This document shows, piece by piece, positions 14,517 through 23,300 of a stretch of DNA of 64,000 nt (positions are counted from its first letter, which is position 1; every line of letters begins with the position of its first letter). The position numbers were made by a program, and so were the translations under genes. The stretch is taken from IMG/VR virus record IMGVR_UViG_3300033053_000017, positions 1 through 64,000 of that record, one strand, 5' to 3'. Under the pieces are notes generated by a model, which made no database searches, was not told where the DNA came from, and saw only the letters and a program-made list of their open reading frames with translations. Source of the DNA: a virus.

Positions 14517-15005
14517 TTATTTTGCTTGTATATTAGTTGCTGCAGTATTCACTTGGTCGGTAACTATAGAAGGACTAATCAAAGGAGTTAATTCAGTCCC
14601 ATCTGGTGCGACATATTTTGTTACAGGTGTTACTGTGATTTGTTGAATAGTCTGTTGTTCTGTTTCTTTTACAGCTTCTTTACATTTATTAACTTCTCCT
14701 GCTATTGCTTGTCTTACTAAATTAATTTCTGCATCTGTTATGCTAGGGAATTGTTGCTTTATCATAGCTTCAAAAGTATTAATCTTAGTATCTGCTAGGT
14801 TCCCTAGCCTTGCATCTTCTTCAATTGCACTAAAAATATCTGCTGCAACAGTTTTTAATTTTCCGTAATTAGCAAATCCTGCTTTAGCAATCAATAGCTT
14901 AACAGCACTAGGAACTACTTTTTTAATCTCATAAACTAAAAAACCACTAACACCGGTAACAACATAAGGTATTGCCGCATTAATTAAACTTGTTAAATCA
15001 ACCAT
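14517..15005 (-). CDS. Holin-like protein (LL-H type architecture)
   Basis: N-terminal TM (IPYVVTGVSGFLVY) followed by a soluble helical region. Downstream of the amidase. Confidence 0.5.
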   Translation of the reverse strand: MVDLTSLINAAIPYVVTGVSGFLVYEIKKVVPSAVKLLIAKAGFANYGKLKTVAADIFSAIEEDARLGNLADTKINTFEAMIKQQFPSITDAEINLVRQAIAGEVNKCKEAVKETEQQTIQQITVTPVTKYVAPDGTELTPLISPSIVTDQVNTAATNIQAK

Positions 15006-15179
15006 TTAAATATCCACTTCCTTTTTATCTATTTCTATTTGTATTATGTACTTATCTTCTTTTATCTGCATTTTCACCTTTGCACCTTTTAATTCCCTTC
15101 TTGCCAATTCTTTGTATATAGCATAGAGAGAAACATTTTTAAGCGGGCTGGAATAACCGCTGTTAAAAGTATGCCCCAT
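15006..15179 (-). CDS. Small hypothetical protein (57 aa)
   Basis: AGAGGTGG SD and ATG at 15179. Fills the gap between the amidase and the holin. Below the track cutoff. Confidence 0.35.
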   Translation of the reverse strand: MGHTFNSGYSSPLKNVSLYAIYKELARRELKGAKVKMQIKEDKYIIQIEIDKKEVDI

Positions 15180-15191
15180 AAAACCACCTCT

Positions 15192-16025
15192 TTAAAACAA
15201 TCTTTTAGAACCGCCTTGGCCCTTATTATTATTCCAAAATACTTCAGGTGCGCCGCCTTTTCTTAAAGTCACATAATTACCTCTATCTAAATGAACACCC
15301 ATGTCACCATCTGCTCTTTTTTCAATATAAAAGCCTGTGTCACCTAAAGGGAAAATATTAGGCCCAGTTGGTATACTTTCGTCATAAGTTGGTGCTTTCT
15401 GTGTGGTAGTTTGACTTGTTGTTGCTTGTACTGTTTGCCCTGTTAAGGCTTGAACTATTGCGTTTGCTATTTTATCACTACCTAATGAGTTATATAAATC
15501 TGCATCTGATTGAGTATCCACAAAACATACTTCTATCAATATTGCTACTGGGCTACTATGTCTTATAACATATAAACCGCTACCATCTTTTACGCCACGA
15601 TTAACAAAGCCCAATGCTACTAGATTAGTTAAAACTTTAGAGGCTAAAGCTTTTCCAGCAGCACTCATAGCAAATACTTCTGTCCCTTTTCCTTTTCCTG
15701 CGTTTAAATGAATAGAAACTAAATAATCGGTTCCACTTGCAGCATCACATCTTCTTTGTAAACTATCTGTAACACTTGAAGCCTTGGTTGGTCTTGTATT
15801 CCATGCTGTATGTCCTAAAGCTTCTAATTTAGATATAACTTTGTTAACTATATCTAAAGAACAATCTTGTTCATTTAAATACCCTTCTGCTCCTGTATCT
15901 GGATAAATTCCATGTGCTGCATCTATAGAAAACTTACTCATGTTTTCCAACATCTCCTTTTTTTGAATTGCCCAAACAGGCATATGTACGATCATCAATT
16001 CGAGATATTCTTCTTTGATTTTCAA
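15192..16025 (-). CDS. N-acetylmuramoyl-L-alanine amidase endolysin (Amidase_3 type)
   Basis: SIDAAHG...LVSIHLNAGKGKGTEVF...PVAILIEVCFVDT motifs. The probable true start is the Met at 15941 (MSKFSIDAAHG), which overlaps the holin stop as ATGAGTAA. Confidence 0.9.
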   Translation of the reverse strand: MKIKEEYLELMIVHMPVWAIQKKEMLENMSKFSIDAAHGIYPDTGAEGYLNEQDCSLDIVNKVISKLEALGHTAWNTRPTKASSVTDSLQRRCDAASGTDYLVSIHLNAGKGKGTEVFAMSAAGKALASKVLTNLVALGFVNRGVKDGSGLYVIRHSSPVAILIEVCFVDTQSDADLYNSLGSDKIANAIVQALTGQTVQATTSQTTTQKAPTYDESIPTGPNIFPLGDTGFYIEKRADGDMGVHLDRGNYVTLRKGGAPEVFWNNNKGQGGSKRLF

Positions 16026-16281
16026 CAGCTATCTCTAAAATTGTGTCCAATTTATTATTTGTTTCTTTCTGATCCTTGTCATTAGTAACCATTTCTCTGG
16101 TCAATGTTGTTACTAATGTGTCTATTTTGTCACACAGTTTGTCTACCTTTTTATCACTTGATGTGATAACTTTACCGTTTTGCCTTGAATTTAGAATTAC
16201 GCTTATTAAAACTATTAATAAGGCTGCCCCTGCAATTCCTAACTGTAAATATCCATTTGTAATTGTATCTGTTACCGGCAT
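15934..16281 (-). CDS. BhlA/UviB-like holin
   Basis: One N-terminal TM (LQLGIAGAALLIVLISVIL) plus a charged coiled-coil tail. Directly upstream of the endolysin. Confidence 0.5.
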   Translation of the reverse strand: MPVTDTITNGYLQLGIAGAALLIVLISVILNSRQNGKVITSSDKKVDKLCDKIDTLVTTLTREMVTNDKDQKETNNKLDTILEIAVENQRRISRIDDRTYACLGNSKKGDVGKHE

Positions 16282-16301
16282 GGTCCACCTCCATTGTAAG
16301 T

Positions 16302-16352
16302 AAAAAAGAGTGGTATACTTACTACTATTCTTTAAGTAAATAATACCACTCT
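16302..16352 (-). terminator. Leader terminator/attenuator upstream of the holin gene
   Basis: 10-bp stem AGAGTGGTAT/ATACCACTCT with a 26-nt structured loop, followed by U6 on the minus strand, 20 nt before the holin SD. Confidence 0.6.
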
Positions 16353-16377
16353 TTACAAATGTTTGCTACAGGTTTAA

Positions 16378-16405
16378 TTTATAATGTTCTTGAATTGCAT
16401 GTCAA
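16378..16405 (-). promoter_or_regulatory. Candidate promoter just upstream of the leader terminator
   Basis: Minus strand TTGACA, 16 nt, TATAAA. Confidence 0.45.
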
Positions 16406-16563
16406 TCTTCATCTACATATTCAAAACCATTTTGCTTTCCCTCTGCTTTCAACTCAATTAACGCTCTATTAAAAAAACAGGTTTCATCAAGAATAGTGCC
16501 ATCTTTAAGCTTTACATAGTGTTCAAATTTTTCAATTTCACGTCCACAATCTTTACATCTCAT
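16402..16563 (-). CDS. Small Cys-containing protein (53 aa)
   Basis: GAGGTGA SD. Sequence MRCKDCGREIEKFEHYVKLKDGTILDETCFF... It is the first ORF downstream of IR arm B. Confidence 0.4.
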   Translation of the reverse strand: MRCKDCGREIEKFEHYVKLKDGTILDETCFFNRALIELKAEGKQNGFEYVDED

Positions 16564-16657
16564 GGTATCACCTCGATTCACATTTTATTCAAATTACGTC
16601 ATTACTTTTATAGTGCCACAACTTTATGTTCTATAATTTATAACATAAAAAAGAGCT

Positions 16658-16841
16658 GTCAATGACACACCACTTACTTCGTTGAAGTGGGTGCTTGTAA
16701 CTCTACTACACATGGTACATGGTACAAAGTACCTCCCATCTCAAGCGTAGGCTACGATACGGTGATTGACAACACCGCAAACTATAGAGTGTACTCTATA
16801 ATCTCTAAGAGTGCCTAAATAACGGTTTTCTCTTAGTTATA
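16658..16841 (-). ncRNA. Candidate structured leader/sRNA (IR arm B transcript)
   Basis: Same hairpin set as arm A. The conserved part is followed by CUCUUUUUUAU (about 16645-16655). Confidence 0.4.
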
Positions 16842-16847
16842 TATTTA

Positions 16848-16875
16848 ATTTTATCATAAGAAAGTGAGGTGTAAA
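16848..16875 (-). promoter_or_regulatory. Sigma-A-type promoter inside IR arm B
   Basis: Minus strand TTTACA, 16 nt, TGaTAAAAT. It reads toward the small ORF and the lysis cassette. Confidence 0.6.
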
Positions 16876-16980
16876 AGTGGTAAGTATAAGAAGTTGCTTG
16901 TCAGCAAGTGGCAATTCCTCCCCCACTTTAGAAGTAGAAGTATCCTTGCCACGAATGGATGAAAGCTATAGCTCTTAATA

Positions 16981-17289
16981 TTATTTAGTTTTAGCTTTTA
17001 ACATCTCACTAGCTTTACGGATGCAATAAACATTAATTACAAAACCTATTGTACCATTTGTAAAGAAAGTTCCTAGTAGAACTAATATAGCCATCATAAA
17101 GGTTCTTTGATAATCAAAATACATTGAAAAATGTAATCTAAAGTAGCATAACGCAACAACCGCATCTAGTATTACAAGTATTATAAGCTTCTCTGGTGAA
17201 TCAGGAAAAAAGTTAAATGCAACAATGCTACACCCATAAAAAATAATCATACTTAAAATTAATAAATTTTTGTTTTTCTTTATATCCAT
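16981..17289 (-). CDS. Small integral membrane protein (3 predicted TM segments)
   Basis: 102 aa and hydrophobic throughout. Last gene of the polyvalent-protein operon. Confidence 0.6.
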   Translation of the reverse strand: MDIKKNKNLLILSMIIFYGCSIVAFNFFPDSPEKLIILVILDAVVALCYFRLHFSMYFDYQRTFMMAILVLLGTFFTNGTIGFVINVYCIRKASEMLKAKTK

Positions 17290-17295
17290 TTTGAA

Positions 17296-17340
17296 CCACC
17301 CCTTTCTATTATATACCTAAAAGGGGTGGAAAAGTCCACC
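17296..17340 (-). promoter_or_regulatory. Mutually exclusive hairpins that sequester the SD of the membrane-protein gene
   Basis: Minus sense reads TAA-GGUGGA-CUUU-UCCACC-CCUUUU...AAAGGGGUGG-UUCAAA-AUG. CCACCCCUUU pairs with the SD AAAGGGGUGG (10 bp) or, alternatively, with the upstream GGUGGA. Confidence 0.45.
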
Positions 17341-20300
17341 TTAATTGTCATAAGGATTAGCTTTTCCTTTTTTCTTTGTAGGTGCTTTTCCTTTCTTTAA
17401 TACAGCAGCTTTATTAGATAAGCTTTGAAGTAATTGGCTTTTCTTTTCTAGTGATATATTGGCTTTAGAGATTAAATCCGCTTGCTGTCTTATATAAGTA
17501 GCTTTGCTGGAAGTATTATATTTTATATGGTCTTCAATGTTAGACTTCAGTTCAGTTGGAGAAACTATGCTACTGTCACCATTCATAAGTTTATTTGCCT
17601 CTGCTGCTGTATCTATTATTTGCTGTCTTAAAGATTTAACTTTTTCTGTTTCTCCGTTTTGCATAGCTTCAAATACTTGTTTTGATAAATCCGCTATAGT
17701 TTTATTGGCTTTAGTAAATTCACTGGACACATTTTCCTCATGCGTAACAACTTTAGAATCTATGTTTTCCGAGAAGTTTTTATCCGCTGCTGCTGTTTTG
17801 GATTTTTGCATGTTGTCGTAGAAGTCCTGTACATCCTGGTTATTATATAACGGATCTGCTGTAAATCTTGTGGTAACAGGAGAAAGTATATCATCTAATT
17901 TGCTGTCGCCTTTTGTGTTTGACAAAGTTGTCATTGGAAGTACAAACTGTCCTATAACGCCAGTGTAGGATTTAATAACATAGTCTACCTGTTTAGGTGA
18001 TAAGCCTAGCTTTCCAAATAGCTTTCCTATTTCACTGGTCTTTTCATCATACTGTAACTCCGCTGAACGTCCTTCTATTGACTGGGGAACAATTGCCCTT
18101 CCAGCAAAATCCTTATTAGAAGGCAAATTATAAATAAGAGGAGAAAATATATTATTTTCAATAGGGTCAGTTGGTGAAAAGTTTGTTGCTATTGTATTGC
18201 CAAATCCTTTAAAAGCTTCATCATCGCCATTAGACTTCCTCCAAATACGTTCAAATAACGATCCGAATATTACACCATATTCTCTTGACTTAGGTATCTT
18301 TATGAATTTATCGCCATAAGGAATTAAATAATAAGTATCTTTAGTTCTATTGTCTAATTTATCATAGTTTGGATTATCGGCATTTACTATATTCTGAAGT
18401 ACACTTAATGATGTAACACCTATTAATCCCTTAGCTACTGTTGGAATAGCCTTTTTGCCTTTAAACTGTCTAACTAATTTGTCCAAGCCTTGAATACTGG
18501 CGTTTAGGTAAGGAACCCAAGCATCAACTTTCTTTGTAACATCTCCACCTCTGCTGAAGTTCGTTGTGACTTCGTTTGAGTCAAATAAAGCTTTTTCTAT
18601 ATCGCCAGTCTTAGCTAAAGTCCTTTTAAATTCTGCAAGCCTTGGCGCGCTTTCAAGGGCATTGTTAAAGGCTTCAACCTTGTTCCCTATTCTACTTAAT
18701 AAGCCTTCTTTTCTTAGTTGTGCTGCTGACTTATAAGTCTTTTCGCTGTCAAAGAAGTTAGAACCTCCACCGCCTACGCCTTTATATTTTTGGTAACTTT
18801 CGGCATTAGTTAGAACATCTTTAAATGCACTCCCTAAATTGCCTACAGCTTTTAAAGGATTATTTTCCTTAGAGTTTATCATATACGTTGGAATATCTCT
18901 TGATACATTGGATATTGCAAATAGTGGATTTTTAGTTGTTATCAATGCTTTAAATAAATTCGTAGCTGCTTTTGCTTTCCTCGTTATATCTCCTAAGTCA
19001 CTTTTGTTAACAGCCTTTAAAGCATCTAGGAAAGGTTTATTATTAATCTGAAGATTAACACGTTCTCCATTTTCTAGCACTGTAACAATGTTGTCGTGAT
19101 TATGATTAATCTCAACATCTTTAGGAATTATTTCAGCAAAACCTTGTAATTCTGTAGGATGCTGTCTTATTGAATTTAAAGCCTCTTGACCTACTTCATT
19201 ATATTTTGCAGTTCTTACAGTACGATTAACTAAATTCATAATGTTTTCCACTGGATTTTTTATATCTCTATCTGAACCTTGGGCTCTGCTTAATGGTGTA
19301 GATTGGTCTACAAATCCTTTACCGTTAGTCTTTTCTATCCCACCTTCTAATTCTGTAAAGCTTCTATTAGTTGGTATATAGTTAGGATATTTCTTTTTCA
19401 AGCTGTTCCATAAATCATCCGATATTAAACCGCTCTTATGGCCCCATTCTTCCATGAAAGTTTTTAACCACTTAGTAACATTGTCTCCGGCTCTTTTTAA
19501 ATCAGGATTCAATTTTTCAAACTCGTTTACTATATTCTGTGATGATTCACTGTTATGTTTTGGATAAACAGGCTTGTTTTCTGCATATCTTTGAACATTA
19601 TGTCTATGCAGCATATATTCCCAGAACTCATTTTCTTTTCCTTTAGGAACTTGATTGACTAATTCTCTTAATGAATTACCTATCTTTTTGCCTTTCATAT
19701 CTACTAATGCACTTGTTAGTATATGATCCACTACACCGCCTACATTTTTAGAGTTAGTAGATTTTATATATGCTTTATCTCCGCTTACCTTGGAAAAATC
19801 CGCAGTAGGTTTATTGGTATCGACTATCCTAGTATAGAATTTATTCCAAGAATTTTTAAAACTAAACTTACTATCGTTTTTGCTGGATACTATTTTAACG
19901 TCATTTTCAGGCATATTAGGTCTTACTACGTCTTTAAGCTGTTTAAGTCTTTGCTCTGCTGCAAATAGCTGTAGATTAATTGATCTTACTTTTTTATTAT
20001 CTTTAGCTTTTACAGCTTCTTTTACAGCAGTTTTTAAATTGCTTATATGTTCTTTTAAAGTATTTGCATCATCTATTTTATTAAAATCTATTGAAGCATC
20101 ATTGGTCTTAACATCGTTAACTTTAACATCATTGCTTTCCATCCTGGTCCTATTCAAGTCGTTAAAAGTCTTTTTGCTAATAGTAATATCTTTTCCGCTC
20201 TTATGAGTAGCTATGACATTCTTACCATTGATAGATTTTACAGTAACCTCGCCTATATTCTTAAGATTATATTTTTCGTTCTCTATTATAGGCTTTTTAG

Positions 20301-23300
20301 GATTCATTAAGCTAGGCATTTTTTTACTAGAATATTTAGTGCTTTGTGGTACTACTTTAGTTGTTTCATGTATTACTTCTTTATATCCGCTTACTTTATT
20401 TCCTTTTGGCTTTTCACCTAGTTCTTTTGCTTCGTAGCCCTTCCATACAGGTGTAGATTCTTTCTTTACAGTTTTATAAGGTTGCTCTTTGTATCCGCTA
20501 AATACAGGCTTTGTTTCGTGGCTTACTTTTTCCACTGTCTCATATTTAGGATTATTTGTTGCAACTCTATCAGTTGTCTTTTTAATAACTGATTGTTCCC
20601 TGTATCTGTTTTCCCTAAATTTTTCTTCAGTCTCATTTACTCTAACGCCCTTGCCAACATCTTTGCCCATCCATTTAGTGTTATTTACTTTGTCAGGTCT
20701 TATGCCCATGTCTTTACGCAAGCTTACTGTAGATTCTTTAGTGTTAATTAAAGCATCATTTATATGGCCTTTTCTAACTAAGTTAGACAAGCTCTCCGTT
20801 GCTCCTTCACCGTTAGCATTTACAAATACGGAAGTTGATCCAAATTCTTTCATTCTGCCCCTGAGATAATCTGTTGTTGCTTTCTCATTCTCTAGTATCT
20901 TACTAGGGATTTCTTGTATTGCCCTTACTTTTAATTTACTGTCCATATAAAATACTGCACTTTGATTGCTGTCAAGCTGTAGTTCTTTACTTGTAATAGC
21001 TAGTTGTTGAGGATTCTTTATTGTTTCACCTAATAGTGGATGATCTAAGCTAGGTTTTAATATCTTGTCTTCTCCCATGCCTAAGTCCAATATATCACTT
21101 TCAAGCCCTTTGCCTATTGTTGCATACTTTTCACTGTTAATAACTACATGTCCCTTAAAGCCTTTAACATTATCTCTATATGCTTTAGTAGCTTCCAAGT
21201 CAGGCTTTGAAGGCGTAGGCTCTCCTGAAGGATGATTATGTAATAAGTAATATCCATCTGCTTTCATTCTTTTCATTCTCTGATTCATTTCGAAAAATGC
21301 AGCAGGCTTATTCTTTAAAAATGCAACAGTTGAACCTGGTATTCTTGAAGTCATAGCTTCATGCCCTACTATCTCATTTCCACGAGTATAAATAATACGG
21401 AAAGTCTCATATTGAGGGTTTCGGAATATTTGGCCCATTACAGCTACGTCTTTTACATCATTTACTTTTCTTCCTCTAAGTTCGACGTATCCTTTGTGTG
21501 CAAGTTCTTTTGAGAAGGAAACACCGACTGTCTTGATGCCATTTCCACTAGTTGTTCCTCCGGTGCTTCGTACTCTATCTTCAAGTTGTCTTGTGCTTTC
21601 AATTGCTTCACTTGCAAGGTTCATTGCCTCCTTATCTTTATTTTTGTATAAATGTTGAATTTTACCTAGTAAGTCCGTTTTGTCTTTTTGTTGACTGCTT
21701 TTTTCTCCATCCTCTATGAAAGACTGTTTTTCTTCTTCTAATATATTTTTACTATTTAAATCAAATTTAGAGTTGTTGCCTATAGATGATTTAATTTGAT
21801 TAGGAGAAAAAACAGCATAAGTTTCAGACTTTAATTCCTTCCACACTAAACCATCAATGTCATTATCTTTTAATGCTTTTACAAAATTATTATTGTCAAA
21901 GTACATGTAAGCATCCCATTTACCGTTCCTGATTTGGTCTGCAACTTCTTCCTCGTAATTAGGATGCTCGTTAAGTAAGCCCTCTTTCTCTAATAATTTT
22001 CGTCTTTGTTCAACTTCACTCTTGTAATAATCATTAATAACAGATGTAGCTTTTTCTCTAGTTATCCCAGAATTTACTAATATATGTCCCGCTGTCACCT
22101 GGTCATTTAATGACATGCTCCTTAGATCTAATGGGTTTTCAAGTTTTAAATAAACAGGTGTAATGTTAGCACCCTTCTTTAACTTGTTTTGTTTTCTACC
22201 ACCCATAGCAAATGTTTCTGCATGTTCAGCATCTTTAGCAAACCAAAAAGCATTACGTCTGCCGCCAAAAGTGCTTATTCCTTTTTTATCTTTTCCAACA
22301 AACGTTGAACCATGATAAACCACTAAAGGATTACCCTTTTCATCAGTAACCTTGCTGTCACCAAACCATTTTTTAAATTCAGGTGTTTCCACTTTAGCAC
22401 CTTCAAAATTATTACTATTAACATTATTATATGCTTCTGCCTTTTCTTTGACTTGATTGCTTTCAGGCTTATCAATAACAACCAATCTAGTATTTACACC
22501 TGTGGATCTGTCACTTTCTTTAAAACTACCTTCAGGAAGCTTTTCAGATGTACCGCCTAATCCATCTAGCCATTCTCTAAATTCTACACTCTTTTTATCG
22601 TTGGCGAAAAACGGATGTTCACTCATTATAGCTACTATTCTTCCACCTGGTTTAAGCTGTTCATAAGCGTGTTGAACGTGGATAACATCTTGATTCTTTT
22701 CAAAAGGTGGATTCATTATTATTTTGTCATACTGCCCTTTATGTTCCAAGAAGTCTTGACTTACTACATTATGCCCTTTTGCTTTTAAAATTTCTGACAG
22801 TGAATTATTATATTCTCCGACTTCTAAGTTATTCTTTGGATGCTCTGCTTTTATCATATCTGCAATATGTCCGCTTCCAGCTGAAGGTTCCAATATACTT
22901 TCACCATCTTTAATATTAGCTTCTTCCAGCATCCTATCGACTACCTTTTTAGGTGTAGGGAAGTAGCTTTCAAACTTCTTTCCTATAATGCCTCTTTCAA
23001 GTTCTTTAACTTTCTTGGCCTGTACTTCTTCAGGAGATAACTTAAAATCACCTTTAGCTTTTTGAAACTCCCTTAACGCAGCTCTAAGCATAGTTGTGTT
23101 TTTGATGCCCATAGTTTGAAGCCTTTTATAATCTACTAAATCATAATCTCTACTAAAATCTTTACCTGATCTTTTGAGCTTGTCGTAAAGTTCAATAATA
23201 TCCTCTGCTATGTTTTTAGTGTCAATATAACGTTCCTCACCTTTAACCTTATTTTGTACTACAGCTTTATCTATTTTCTGTCTTAATCTAGCAGTATTAG

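Larger units (their letters stand above)
16658..16880. repeat. Inverted repeat arm B (reverse complement of 1-224)
   Basis: See arm A. This arm is 223 nt because of the 1-nt indel. Confidence 0.95.

Noticed and set aside
1-16880. The inverted repeats as DGR template/variable repeats, as IS terminal repeats or as linear-genome ITRs.
   Set aside because: There is no reverse transcriptase, and the repeats are non-coding with non-adenine-specific differences. There is no transposase between or beside them. Assembler-circularised ITRs would abut each other rather than sit 16.4 kb apart.
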